DNA of 64,000 nt from Mustelus asterias (lineage: Eukaryota), in contig NC_135804.1 in the NCBI RefSeq assembly GCF_964213995.1, forward strand, positions 69,440,001 through 69,504,000, given 5' to 3'. The notes under the pieces were generated by a model. That model was not told where the DNA came from, searched no databases, and worked only from the letters and a program-made list of their open reading frames with translations. Of the stretch, positions 38,403-51,336 are shown one piece after another. A program made the position numbers and the translations under genes. How positions within the stretch are numbered: the first letter of the stretch is position 1; each line of letters starts with the position of its first letter.

Positions 38403-40730
38403 ATGCACACCAAGAACAGGAAACTTGAGAAACTCGGCATCACCACCAGCAGCAACCAAGCCTCCCCCGGTACCACAGTAGAAAACAGTACCACTGCAGG
38501 GAAGTCCATTGTCAACTTGTCCGACTACACACTTCAACCAGATGAAATCGAAGTTCTCAGCCGAGGGCTTAATTTTTGCCCCACCACCAAAATAGACCCC
38601 ATCAGTCTCGCAGCAGACACAGAGGAATTCATCAGGCGAATGAGGCTGAGGGAGTTCTTCCACAAACCCCAAGAGGCCAACAACGAACACAATGAGACAG
38701 CCAATGAACCGGAACAGCCGACAGAGAGATCCGCAGTGCATCCGAAGAGGAAAGAGTCGAATTGGACTCCTCCGGAAGGCCGCTGCCCTCGACTTGACAT
38801 GTATGCCCAAGCCGTCAGGAGGTGCGTCAACACCAAATTCATCAGCCGCACTCACAAGACAGCCCCGAACATCACCCAAGCACAACGTAACGCCATCCAC
38901 GCTCTCAAGACCAACCGCAACATTGTCATCAAACCAGCAGACAAAGGAGGGGCCATCGTCATACTGAACAGAACGGATTACTGCAAAGAAGTGTACCGAC
39001 AACTCAACAACGAGGAACACTACAGACAGTTACCTGCAGATCTGACCAAAGAACACACCCGTCAACTCAACACTCTGATCAAGACCTTTGATCTGGACCT
39101 TCAGAACACCCTCCGTGCTCTCATCCCACGTACTCCCCGCGTTGGAGATCTCTACTGCCTCCCGAAGATACACAAGGCAAACACACCCGGCCGTCCCATC
39201 GTATCGGGCAATGGGACCATGTGCGAGAACCTCTCCGGCTATGTCGAGGGCATCCTGAAACCCATTGTACAAAGAACCCCCAGCTTTTGTCGCGACACGA
39301 CGGACTTCCTACAGAAACTCGGCACACATGGAGCAGTTGAACCAGGAGCGCTCCTCGTCACAATGGATGTCTCAGCACTCTACACCAGCATCCCCCATGA
39401 CGATGGCATTGCTGCAACGGCCTCAGTGCTCAGCGCCAACAACTGCCAGTTTCCAGATGCAATTTTACATCTCATCCGCTTCATCCTGGACCACAATATC
39501 TTCACCTTCAACAACCAGTTCTTCATCCAGACACATGGAACAGCCATGGGGACCAAATTTGCACCTCAATATGCCAACATCTTCATGCACAGGTTCGAAC
39601 AAGACTTCTTCACCGCACGGGACCTTCAACCGATGCTATACACTAGATACATCGATTACATTTTCTTCCTTTGGACTCATGGTGAACAATCACTGAAACA
39701 ACTCTATGATGACATCAACAAGTTCCATCCCACCATCAGGCTCACCATAGACTACTCTCCGGAATCGGTTGCATTCTTGGACACGCGCATCTCCATTAAG
39801 GACGGTCACCTCAGCACCTCACTGTACCGCAGGCCCACGGATAACCTCGCGATGCTCCACTTCTCCAGCTTCCACCCTAAACATGTTAAAGAAGCCATCC
39901 CCTACGCACAAGCCCTCCGTATACACAGGATCTGCTCGGATGAGGAGGATCGCAACAGACACCTCCAGACGCTGAAAGATGCCCTCATAAGAACAGGATA
40001 TGGCGCTAGACTCATTGATCAACAGTTCCAATGCGCCACTGCGAAAAACCGCACCGACCTCCTCAGAAGACAAACACGGGACACAGTGGACAGAGTACCC
40101 TTCGTTGTCCAGTACTTCCCCGGAGCGGAGAAGCTACGGCATCTCCTCCGGAGCCTTCAACATGTCATTGATGAAGACGAACATCTCGCCAAGGCCATCC
40201 CCACACCCCCACTTCTTGCCTTCAAACAACCGCACAACCTCAAACAGACCATTGTCCGCAGCAAACTACCCAGCCTTCAGGAGAACAGTGACCAAGACAC
40301 CACACAACCCTGCCACAGCAACCTCTGCAAGACGTGCCGGATCATCGACACAGATGCCATCATCTCACGTGAGAACACCATCCACCAGGTACACGGTACA
40401 TACTCTTGCAACTCGGCAAACGTTGTCTACCTGATACGCTGCAAGCAAGGATGTCCCGAGGCATGGTACATTGGGGAAACTATGCAGACGCTGCGACAAC
40501 GGATGAATGAACACCGCTCGACAATCACCAGGCAAGACTGTTCTCTTCCTGTTGGGGAGCACTTCAGCGGTCACGGGCATTCGGACTCTGATATTCGGGT
40601 AAGCGTTCTCCAAGGCGGCCTTCGCGACACACGGCAGCGCAGAGTCGCTGAGCAGAAACTGATAGCCAAGTTCCGCACACACAAGGACGGCCTCAACCGG
40701 GATATTGGGTTTATGTCACACTATTTGTAA
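38403..40730 (+). CDS. PLE unit 3: 775-aa open RT plus GIY-YIG frame; native start probably 38065 but frameshifted, RT motif C reads YIDY
   Basis: Continuous ORF that retains the 17 bp (39906-39922) missing from units 1 and 2; TAC at 39657-39659. Confidence 0.85.
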   Translation: MHTKNRKLEKLGITTSSNQASPGTTVENSTTAGKSIVNLSDYTLQPDEIEVLSRGLNFCPTTKIDPISLAADTEEFIRRMRLREFFHKPQEANNEHNETANEPEQPTERSAVHPKRKESNWTPPEGRCPRLDMYAQAVRRCVNTKFISRTHKTAPNITQAQRNAIHALKTNRNIVIKPADKGGAIVILNRTDYCKEVYRQLNNEEHYRQLPADLTKEHTRQLNTLIKTFDLDLQNTLRALIPRTPRVGDLYCLPKIHKANTPGRPIVSGNGTMCENLSGYVEGILKPIVQRTPSFCRDTTDFLQKLGTHGAVEPGALLVTMDVSALYTSIPHDDGIAATASVLSANNCQFPDAILHLIRFILDHNIFTFNNQFFIQTHGTAMGTKFAPQYANIFMHRFEQDFFTARDLQPMLYTRYIDYIFFLWTHGEQSLKQLYDDINKFHPTIRLTIDYSPESVAFLDTRISIKDGHLSTSLYRRPTDNLAMLHFSSFHPKHVKEAIPYAQALRIHRICSDEEDRNRHLQTLKDALIRTGYGARLIDQQFQCATAKNRTDLLRRQTRDTVDRVPFVVQYFPGAEKLRHLLRSLQHVIDEDEHLAKAIPTPPLLAFKQPHNLKQTIVRSKLPSLQENSDQDTTQPCHSNLCKTCRIIDTDAIISRENTIHQVHGTYSCNSANVVYLIRCKQGCPEAWYIGETMQTLRQRMNEHRSTITRQDCSLPVGEHFSGHGHSDSDIRVSVLQGGLRDTRQRRVAEQKLIAKFRTHKDGLNRDIGFMSHYL

Positions 40731-40934
40731 CTCCCACAGTTGCGTGGACCTGCAGAGTTTCACTGGCTGTCTTGTCTGGAGACAATACACATCTTTTTAG
40801 CCTGTCTTGATGCTCTCTCCACTCCCATTGTTTTGTTTCTTAAAGACAGGATTAGTTGTAAGTATTCGCATTCCAACCATTATTCATGTAAATTGAGTCT
40901 GTGTCTTTATAAGTTCTGTTTGTGAACAGAATTC

Positions 40935-40979
40935 CCACTCACCTGAAGAAGGGGCTCAGAGCCTCGAAAGCTTGTGTGG
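40935..40979 (+). ncRNA. Hammerhead ribozyme motif, array pseudo-LTR 4
   Basis: Identical to 31945-31989. Confidence 0.75.
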
Positions 40980-41084
40980 CTTTTGCTACCAAATAAACCT
41001 GTTGGACTTTAACCTGGTGTTGTTAAACTTCTTACTATTTTTCTCTTCAAGCAGGGAGGGGCCTTGTGCAACACATCATGGAGA

Positions 41085-43812
41085 AGAACCTAGAACAATC
41101 ATCATCACGAGGGAATAAGTATTGAGCAAGCTATGAGGATTGAAGGCAGGTCTCCAGAGCCTGATGGTCCACATCGTCGGGTCTTAATGGAATTGGCAGC
41201 AAGTTGCAACAGTGGATCTATTGGCTATAACATTCCAAATGTCATTGGAGGCGGAAAAGGTTTCAGTCGAATGGAAAAAGTGCTAATAGAATGCCTTTGT
41301 TCAAAGAACGAGGCAGACAGAAAATAGCAAACTATAGACCAGTTAGTTTAAAATGTGTCGTTGGCAAATTGTTAGGATCGATTATTAACGAAGTAGTAAC
41401 CGGAAATTTGTAAAATCAAATCGCAATCCATCAGGGTCGGCAAGGTTTTATGAAAGGGAAAACATGTTTGACTAATTGGATGGAGATCTTCGAAGACATA
41501 CCAACAAAACCGATAATGGGGATTCAGTGGATGTAGCAAATCTGGACTTCCGGAAGACATTTACTAAAGTTCAGCACACAAAAGGTTAATACAAAAGGTA
41601 AGATTACATGGGATTTGGGGCAAATTATTAGCTCTGGTAGAAGACTGGCGAAACAACAGATAGCATGATTCTGGATAAATGGGTCTTTTTCACGACGGCA
41701 CCATGTAACTTGTGCCTTTCCACAGGGTTCAGTCCTCCACCCACAACTATGTACACATCTTATTAATATTTTGGATGCCGGGCTAGAAGTTTCTATTGCT
41801 ACATTTGCAGATGCCACAAAATTAGATGGGATAGTAAGTTGCAATGGGCAGCACAGTGGCAGAGTGGTTAGCACTGCTGCCTCAAAGCGCCAAGGACCCG
41901 GGTTCAATTGAACTCGGGTCACAGTCTGTGAGGAGTTTGCACGTTCTTCCCGTGTCTGTGTGGGTTTCCTCCAGGTACTCCGGTTTCATCCCAAACTCCA
42001 AAGTTGTGCAGGAGAGGTTGATTGGTCGTGGTAAATTGACTCTGAGAGTTAGGGTGACGAGCAAGGTAAGTAGAGAGTGTTAAGGGGATGGCGCCTGAGT
42101 GGGATTGTCGTCAGTGCAGACTTGATGGGCCAAATAGTCTCCTTCTGCACTGTCGCAATTCTATGATTGCAGTGAGGCAATACGAAATTTACAAATGGAT
42201 ATAGATAGAATATCACAATGCGCCAAAATTTGGCAGTTGGTTATTCACGTAGCTCAGTGTGAGGTTATCAATGTTTGCCAGAAAAATAGAAAGAGAACTT
42301 ATTCTTTGCAAACAGAGAGAAAATTCAGAGTGCTTTGGTACAGAGCTATCCAGATGTCCTCGGACACGAATTGCAGGAAACAATTATGCAGGTACAGCAA
42401 GTAACAAGGAAAACAAATAGCATTTTGGCGTTTGTGGCCGAAGGAAAATAATGCAAATGTCGGGACCTACTGCGGCAACTGTACAATGAAATAATGAAGC
42501 TGCGCTTGGAGTATTGTGTACTCTGTGAACCCATTTGTTCGGGAGGGATGTCGTTGCATTGCAGAAATGTCAGAGCATGTTCACTAAATTGATTCCATTG
42601 ATGACGGGGTTGTCTTATGAAGAGAGGTTGAGCAGTTTAGGTCTATCTTCTCGAGAAATAGAATATTGAGCACAGTTCTATTTATGGTATATAAGATGAT
42701 AAACAGATTTGTCAGGGCAGACATAGACAGAAGCTTTCCAGATGATTGTAAATTTACATAGAAACAGAAAAATAGAAAATAGAAACAGGAGTCGGCCATT
42801 CGGCCCTTCAAGCCTGCTCCGCTATTCAGGTTGACCATGTCTGACTTTCAAAATCAATATCCTGATCCCGTGTTCCACCCAGATCCCTCGATCCCTTTAA
42901 CCCCAAGAGTAATATCTAATTTCTTCCTGAAATCTTTTGGCCTCAATTACATTTCCGTGGTCGTGAATTCCACAGATTCACCACTCTCTAAGTGAAGAAA
43001 TGTCTGCTCACCTCAGTCTTAAAAGTTTACCCCTTATCCTCAAACTCTGGCCCCTGGTTCTGGACTCCCCCACCATCTGAAACACTCTTTCTGGATCTAC
43101 CCTCTCTAATCTTGTTAGATTTTTACAAGTTTCTATGAGATCCCGACCCACTCTTCTGAACTCCACTGAATACAATCCTAATTGACTTAGTCTCTTCTTA
43201 TATGCCATCCCAGGAATCACCCTGGTAAACCTTCACTGCACTCCCTCTATTGCAGTCAGATCATTCGTCAGATAAGGACACCAAAACTGTATACAGTATT
43301 CTCGGTGTGGCCTGACCGACGGCCTGTACAATTACAGTACAGTATCCCTATTCCTATTCTCAAATCCTCTTACTATGGAGGCCCAACATACAATTTGCCT
43401 TCCTCACTGCCTGCTGTACCTGCGGGCTTACTTTCAGCAACTGATGCACGAGGACACCAAGGCTTACTGAATATCCACCTCTCTCAATTTATACCCATTC
43501 AAATAATAATTTGCCTTCCTATTTTTGCTACCGAAATGGACAACCTGACATCCATTTAAAAGGAGATGAGGAGAAATTACTTGTCCCAAAGGGTCGTGAA
43601 TCTATGAAATTCACTGCTGAAGATTGCAGTGGATACCAGGATATTAAGTACGTTTAATTAGGAGATAGAAAGGTGTTTCACTCGTAATGGAATGACGGGT
43701 TGTGGAGAATGGGCAGGGAAATCGTGTTGCGGCCGAGGTCAAATCAACCATTATCGTACTGAATGGCGGAGCTGGCTGTGGTGAATTGCTGTTCCGAGTT
43801 GTTATGTTCTTA
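41085..43812 (+). mobile_element. Old CR1 with a V-SINE (41846-42168, +) and an inverted CR1 fragment (42757-43555, -) nested in it
   Basis: Decayed RT motifs (LDFRKTF, PQGSVL, TFADATK). The SINE has A and B boxes. The plus-strand CR1 end resumes at 43555. Confidence 0.72.
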
Positions 43813-44824
43813 TATAAAACCCTGTATCAGAGAACAAAAGCAGAGTGGGCCTCCGTGATATGAGACGCGAAACCATGATTAACTGCGGATGAGTCTGCTC
43901 GGAAGGAAGAGGAGGTTGCTGCTTTGCTGAAAATTGACCAGTGTCGATGGAACAATATGGTGAAGACAGGAAAGAAAACTTTTTAAAAAGTGTATTCCTT
44001 GCAATGCTGGTAGGTTGTTCCGAGCGAGACTAGCGGGGGAAGTGCTGGAGTTAATGTTTCAGAAACTGCTTCTGTGCCAGTTTACAGGAAATAAACTTTG
44101 TGTGTTTCAGAAATCGATCACAGAAAAGCAATTAGATGACCATTGCACATTCTGCCCTCGCTATTTTGTTCAACGAAAATACGACTGTCCCAGATAGAGC
44201 TTGATGACCAGGTGGGACCGACTAACCATGGTGTTGGTGGAAAATGTCATTTATCAGTTGAAGTGGAGGTTGTGCAATAAGGTAGGTGAGAGTTCCATTG
44301 CGGATTGCGCAAAATGAGCGGGACATCGCCTTTGTGACTACTCACGGATTAACATGGTGGTAGCTGCTTTTACAAAGTTATGGTCCTACGAAGAAGAAGA
44401 AGACGTATGCACACGCGATTTACATTTGCAGGTCACTAGATGCTTCACCAATAACGATATTTCCTGCCGCATACTCGGCATGAGCATGTCACGGATTTGC
44501 CTAGAATTGTTTATAATTCCAATAAATCTACGATAAAAAGGTACCATACCCAAAATATACTCTTTTGTTCAACGGGAAGTTTCTTCCACGTTCCCTCACT
44601 CAACTCTTTCAAGTTGTATTTGAAGCAATTTTGCGGAAGTGCAGGCTATTAGTTTGTGTGTCTCGATGTGCAGAATTCCATGAAAGTTGCTTTAGTCGAT
44701 CGTTTGGTACATACTGCTTGCAGTATTATCTCTCAGTGTTATTCAATTGTGGAACGGTCCAGCACAGACAGATCAAATTCAATCTAACTTGTCGTTATTG
44801 AATCGGTGAAACATCTAACCAGAA

Positions 44825-45021
44825 AGTCCAAAGATGTGCGGGTGAGGTTGATTGGCCATGGTAAAATTGCCCCTTAGTGTCCTGAGATGCATAGGTTAGA
44901 GGGATTAGCGGATAAAATGTGTAGGGATATGGGGGAAGGGCCTGGGTGGGATTGTGGTCGGTGCAGACTCGATGGGCCAGATGGCCTCTTCCTGCACTGT
45001 AGGGTTTCTATGATTCTATGA
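44825..45021 (+). mobile_element. 5'-truncated V-SINE (3' half)
   Basis: Begins at agtccaaagatgtgcggg; ttctatga tail. Confidence 0.85.
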
Positions 45022-47061
45022 AAGCACGATTCACCTAATTTTGTCATGAAACACATTACGCACATCCATACGTATGTGTCCGTAATGCCATGTGCTTCAC
45101 GTTGCCAATGCATTCTCGTATGCGGTACTTCTGTTTTTTTAAATGAATTTTGAATGTTCATTTATCCAGTGAAGTATCTTCAAATAGTCCCTCTGGTACG
45201 ACATCAAATAACTCATTGAGCTAACAGAGGAAACATGTAATTTTAACGATCCAGTTCTGGCCATCGCTTATTAACGTCCGCTTTTCTATGTCGAATGACT
45301 GTTACCGTTGACAATGGTCACCAGTAATATTCCTATAACAGGCATTAGGTTCAGAGGGCATTAAGAGTTGCCAGCTTCTCCTCGGACCAAATGTGTCATC
45401 CTCCATTCCGGGGCACCACTTTTACATCCAGAGACGATTAAAAGACAATTATCGGCGCTTCGACTATCTTCAAACAAGTTTCCCTTAATAGCCTGCGATG
45501 AGCTCCAGGTCTTTTCGAGGTTGCGTTGATTTCTCATGTTATTTTTGCATCTATTTCTGTATTTATGTATCCTTTTCAAGGTCCTATTTTATGAACATAT
45601 ATCTCTTCCTCATAATTTGTTCTGGGATTCAATCCTATTTATATAAAAGCTAACGGATGTCATTGGCTCATTGTTCAAAAATAAGTAATGCCATATTTAA
45701 TTGAAAGAGACGGTCTTGAATGCGTCGTCAGAGGACAGTTCAGAACTAGAGAGACGGCGCAGAAAAAAATGGGCAACGATTTTAACCTGTACTGAAAAGG
45801 GAGAAAATAATCTTGCATGACTTTAACGTACATAGTATTTTTTTAAATATTTAGTATTCATTTTCGACATGCGCGAAACAAATGATCTCTTCTATTCTCT
45901 ATCATAAATAATATAAAACTTCGCTAAAAATGTTTTAACTTGAACGGAAGGTTAACGCATTATCTGTCATGACGTTGGCTAGTGCACTCATAATGTTTAT
46001 GTTTTAACAATGTCGGCGCTAACCTTTTCATTTGGAAAAAGGGTAAGATTTGCAAATTCCCACAAGAGCACTAAAAAGTTATTCGGGACGAGCCACCCAT
46101 TTTATGAACAGATTTAGGATTTGTTTTCCATAATGCAACAGTAATTCTATGCATCTACGGTAATTAATTGTAAATTAGAGGCCCATTATATTAGGCACCA
46201 TTTTGGACAACATTCGTTTCGCGAGGTTTGCACGAGAAAACTTCCATATCTCAGCTGTCTTGAAAAAATAGAGATTGCGAAATAGGGCCCATTATTTGAC
46301 CTTTTTAGTGTGTTCATGAGCTCAGCTGTTCGGGAAGAGTGAAACTAAACTTTCAGCAGGAATTAGCGCAAAATTAATTTGATAATCATAATAAGACACC
46401 AAAGATGAATAAATGAGGCAAATTCCGAAAGCAGCATGAGAGGGACATTGGGATGAAACAATAGAGATGGCTACGCACGTGATTCCCGGGCAAGTAATGA
46501 AGCACATCGCAAATAAAAACGTTAACTAAGGGGCATGCGCGTCCGGTGCGAGGAAACACACACACAGAAAGCAGGCAATATTTTGCGAGTTCGTGAAATC
46601 TGTCTAAAATTGCACGATTTATGCGTGGGTATCAAAATGAAAATTCTGTGCACACAGCTGGCATCGGGATGTCATTTGGAATTCCTCAGAATATTCAGAC
46701 TTTCTCCCAAAATGGAAGCCACAATGAACTTAATACAGGTGATAGAAAATGTACTCTGGAAACATGAACCTTGGAGTTAGTTTTCTGTTCATGATGGTAG
46801 CAGTTCAATGCAAATAAATAGCTAGTTACATTAAGGGTCATTCATTGGAATTCTGTAAAAGACCCAGATCTTATGCTTCAAACCCTCAGAAGCACAAACG
46901 CCACGTGTTTCCTTCAGCATCTGAAGAGAAATTTGATGAGTTTGCATGATGGACATGGCATTCCGTGGGAAATATCAAATTTTTAAAAACGCAATATGTA
47001 AAAGTGTTCAAACAAAATTAAACCGTAGGAAATAAAATCAGTCCAGAGAATCAACAGATAA

Positions 47062-47393
47062 AGGCACGGTAGCGCAGTGGTTAGCACTGCTGCTGCACAG
47101 CTCCAGGGTCCCGGGTTCGATTCCCGGCTCGGGTCACTGTCTGTGTGGAGTTTGCACATTCTCCTCGTGTCTGCGTGGGTTTCCTCCAGGTGCTCCGGTT
47201 TCCTCCCACAGTCCAAAGATGTGTGGGTTAGGTTGATTGGCCAGGTTAAAAAAATTGCCCCTTTGAATCCTAAGATGCGTAGGTTAGAGGGATTATCGGG
47301 TAAAATATGTGGGGGTAGGGCCTGGGTGGGATTGTGGTCGGTGCAGACTCGATGGGCCGAATGGCCTCCTTCTGCACTGTAGGGTTTCTATGA
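47062..47393 (+). mobile_element. V-SINE (HE1-like), near full length
   Basis: A box tagcgcagtgg, B box ggttcgattcc, V domain and CR1-like tail. Confidence 0.9.
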
Positions 47394-48230
47394 TAAATAT
47401 GTTCTGTTTTAAAATTTTAGGAGCGGGTGTGTCCTTAATTTTGAGCTCAATGGGAAGGGAAATACTCATCAGTTTTTACTGTTGAGAAAAGCATGGATGT
47501 TCGGGAACTTCGCGAAATTAATAGCGATCTCTTGAGAAGTATACATATTACAGAGAAGGAGGTGCTGGAAGTCTTAAAGCGCATCAAGGTCGATAAATCC
47601 CCAGGACCTGATGAAGTGTATCTCAGGACATTGTGGGAGGCTAGGAGGAAATTGCGGGTCCCCGAGTCGAGCTATTTGAATCATTGATAGTCACTGCTGA
47701 GGTGCCTGAAGATTGGAGAGTGGCAAATGTTGTGCCTTTGTTTAAAAACGGCTGCAGCGAAAAGCCTGAGAACCACAGGACAGTGAGCCTCACATCTGTG
47801 GTGGGTCAATTGTTGGAAGGCATTTTGAGAGACAGGATCTACAGGCATTTCGAGATGCAAGGACTGATTAAAGACATTCAGCATGGCTTTGTGAGTGGAA
47901 AATCATGTCTCACAAATTTGATTGAGTATTTTGAAGGGGTAACCAAAAAGGTAGATGCAGGCAGTGCAGTTGATGTTGTCTACGTGGACTTTAGCAAGGC
48001 CTTTGACAAGGTACTGCATGGTAGTTGTTGCATAAGGTTAAATCTCACGGGATCCAGGGTGAGGTATCTAAATGGATACAAAATTGGCTTCTTGACAGAA
48101 GCCAGAGGGTGATTGTAGAGGGTTGTTTTTCAAACTGGAGGCCTGTGACCAGCGGTGTGCCTCAGGGATCAGTGCTGGGTCCACTGTTATTTGTCATTTA
48201 TATTAATGCTTTGGCTGAGAATATAGGGGG

Positions 48231-48918
48231 TGCAGACGGAAATGGGCTAATGGACTTTGTAGCACTTAGAGATTTGTAAAAAGCATTGTAGAACTCGTTT
48301 CGTGTTTGTAGAACTTGCTTTCGTGTATCCAAAAACAGATAAGAGAAGCAGCTGTCCCTGCTGCTGTACACAAGCTTATGATTTTCCCACCTAATTATGT
48401 TCAGGAATGTGGCTAACCCAGCCAGTATCTATTTTGTGTTCTTTTATATTATGTACTTCTGTTTAACATGGTGGAGCTTACATGCATACCTTCTGTGATC
48501 GTATAATAATAGATTCATATATATTCATTATATACTATTTATCCTTACCGATATAAATTGTTATATAGACCCCCGTACTTCAGTTAACTTGTTTGTGCAA
48601 ACATATAATCTTGTATGCTGGATAAACAAACCACAGATGTCCGCCACATAGAGGCAACAGAACAGATAGTCGCAGCCTTGAGATGGCTGCGATTACACAG
48701 ACTATGCAAAGGACGGAACCGCCGAGGCAGCAATAATTGTGAGAAAATGCAGACGTGACCGGGGTGAAAATATATGTGTAAATATTTGCTCTTAACTTGT
48801 ATTCGGGGAGAATTCTGGAGAACTGCTTTAGGAATCGAACTTCTCCCACAAGCTTGTGAAAATAAACCACTGTACTTTCACTCATGACTAGTCTCAGAGA
48901 TATTATTTACCTACAACA
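48231..48918 (+). repeat. 5' LTR
   Basis: Starts TG right after the CR1 break, has AATAAA near 48860 and ends ctacaaca; direct repeat of 54168-54764. Confidence 0.85.
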
Positions 48919-48921
48919 AAT

Positions 48922-48939
48922 TAGTGTCGAAACCCGGGA
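48922..48939 (+). promoter_or_regulatory. Primer-binding site complementary to tRNA-Phe
   Basis: tagtgtcgaaacccggga vs TGGTGCCGAAACCCGGGA (vertebrate tRNA-Phe 3' end): 16/18 match, 3 nt after the LTR. Confidence 0.8.
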
Positions 48940-51336
48940 TCTGTTCATGGGTCCGGATGAATGGCCATGACCGGGACACTGGAATAGAATACCGAAGTTA
49001 ACAGGGTGGGTCAAACTACATCTGTCATGAGAGAGTGTGAGCGTGAAAGACGTCTGAACTGAGCACATAGGAACAAGGAGGTAATTGACTCCAACATGCA
49101 GCCCTAGACCGGTTGTTAAGAGGGGAAATCCCCCACGTGATGGTCAGCACCATGAAGTGGGTGTCGAGTCTGGAAAAAGGTTGCCTGAGGTGTAATGTTC
49201 AGACGTGAGTGAGAAAGAGACTGTCTGAGTGATCGTCGGAGTAGAAGGAAAAGCCTTCATGTAAAAGCCAGCTTAATAGTATAAGCTGTGGTGCGGAGGG
49301 ATCTGATCACCCCTGGCAGGTATCACCGGACTCTGATAAGAGCGACCTCGGAGGGGGAGAGCGAGAAGGGAGAATAGAAGACTCCAGGTGGTGAGTATAA
49401 ACTTATCGGTGTTATGGCGGGACAAGGACATTGGGGACCCCGGGATCCCTGATAAAGAATATATGACTAAGAGGGACAAATTCATTAAGCAGATGAGCAA
49501 AAGGGGGTGGGATTCATCCCACCCGCAAGGCCAACAACGGAAATGGTTGGAAAAGGAAAAGAAAGACAGAACTAAGAAAATTGGAGTTTTGTTAGTTCAC
49601 CAATTGGCTGGATGAACTGAACAGGTCTCAGTCTCGGGCAAGAAATGGGCTGATGACAAAGCAAAAATTAAAATGTTGGACGCTTCCACGTGTGTCTGTG
49701 TGTGTTTAACAAAGTGGTTGCGTCGATGTTTGTTGTTGTTGGCTTTAATGTTTTTATTATCCAGCTTTAAATAAAATAACACCTAAAACTACAACCCATC
49801 GTGGCCAGCCCCTCCACCATTTTAAATGGGCTGTCACCAGCTCACCAAAAGAATCAGTGCCCGGGATTATGATGAATTAACCGAGAAATCAAAGCTGTCC
49901 AGCTTGGGCGGGGAGGGGGCGGGGGAGCGGGGGGGGGGGGGGGGGCGGGGGGGGGGGAGTTGGTGGGGGGAAGATAATACACGTAGGAGAGGGATCAGTG
50001 AATGTGGTAATGAGGGAAAGCCTTAAACTTGGGGAATGTTGAAGTAAGAAGTATGAGAAGGACAAAAGAGATAGAGCAGAACAAGAGAGATTGCAAAGAA
50101 CAAGACGAGACTGAGAAAAAGGATTAGAACGGCAAGTCGAACAAAGGAACGATAAAAAACCGGAGGTCCCTCCTGACATATCTGGCTTGCCAAGGTTGTT
50201 CCAAAATACTGATACGGATGAACAGGAGGAGGAGGATTGGTGGAATAGACCCAGTGCCCCACTAGAACCACCACCCTAACCATTATATCCACCTCTGCCA
50301 CCACCAACTCAACCCCTACCCCAGCTTCCACCCCAGCCTTCCTCCAATTATATCGTGACGGACTGAGTCCTGCACACCAGGCGATACTAAAGACAGGGCT
50401 GGTACCTTTTAACAATTATGATGATTTGGAAAGTTGAGCAACGTCTGTAGATAACCACCAGAAATCTAAGGTAGCCGTCATTGCCCCAATGAATGTAACA
50501 GACACCAGCGCCAGTGCCACTGCAAAGACAGAAGCGACTCAAATCAGGTTAAATTGGTTGGTCTGAAGCGTGATAGACCAAAGAGGGGAGTAAAGGGTTA
50601 AAAGAAACAAGCAGGCCCTGACTCTGTATGGCACGTAGAGAGAGAGAGAGGATGTAATTGTGCGATCGAGAGCCTCATGTGGTGGAATAGGGTATAGCAG
50701 GTCAAAGTGAGTTGCTTCTCTGTGTGCGAGTTTAATAAATTACTTGCCCCCAGTTGAAATTTTACGACAGTGCAATTGAGAGCAGGAGCTGTTGAAGCCT
50801 GTTTATTCTTGTGGAGTGTTTGTGACAGGCATTGGATGCAGTGCTTTGCCCTTTGGTTTAGCCTCGGTGGGCCGGGGAAGTGTCAAAAATGTTAAAGATT
50901 AAAGTGATAAGATTTCTTGAATTTACCTCTGTTTTGAGTTGAAATACAGTTTGGAAGAAAGAAGAATAAAAGTGGCCGTGTTAATCAACGTTCTGTATTC
51001 TCTTTGAATGTTTCACTTTCTTTAATGTTTTAATGTTAAGGAAGGATTTAAACCTTGAAAGGAACCATGTGCTCTTTCCTTTGTCTAGAAGTAGAAATTA
51101 TAAGAGAGTTAGTTGAGAAGTTAGGAGAAGAAAATAAGTAATTTTGTGGAGAAGTAGAAAAGCAGGAACAAAGGAATGAGGTGAATATATTGTCCATGAG
51201 TCAGTTTAAAGTATACCAAGTCAGTGAAATACAGTATTAAGGTCCGCAGAATATCGCGATTTATGAACGTCAGACAGTTTAGTATTCTGTAACTGGTTAA
51301 AATTGCCGTTGGAATATCATTTGCCATCTATTGTTC

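Larger units (their letters stand above)
31730..41036 (+). mobile_element. Head-to-tail array of three Penelope-like (Neptune-type) elements with four pseudo-LTRs
   Basis: Periods of 2991, 2991 and 3008 bp. RT motifs (TMDVSALY, GTAMG), Cys knuckle (CHSNLCKTC) and GIY-YIG (NVVYLIRC..WYIGET); ttactattt at both junctions. Confidence 0.96.

Noticed and set aside
47062-47135. tRNA genes
   Set aside because: All tRNA-like A/B box sequences are SINE heads that continue into the V domain.
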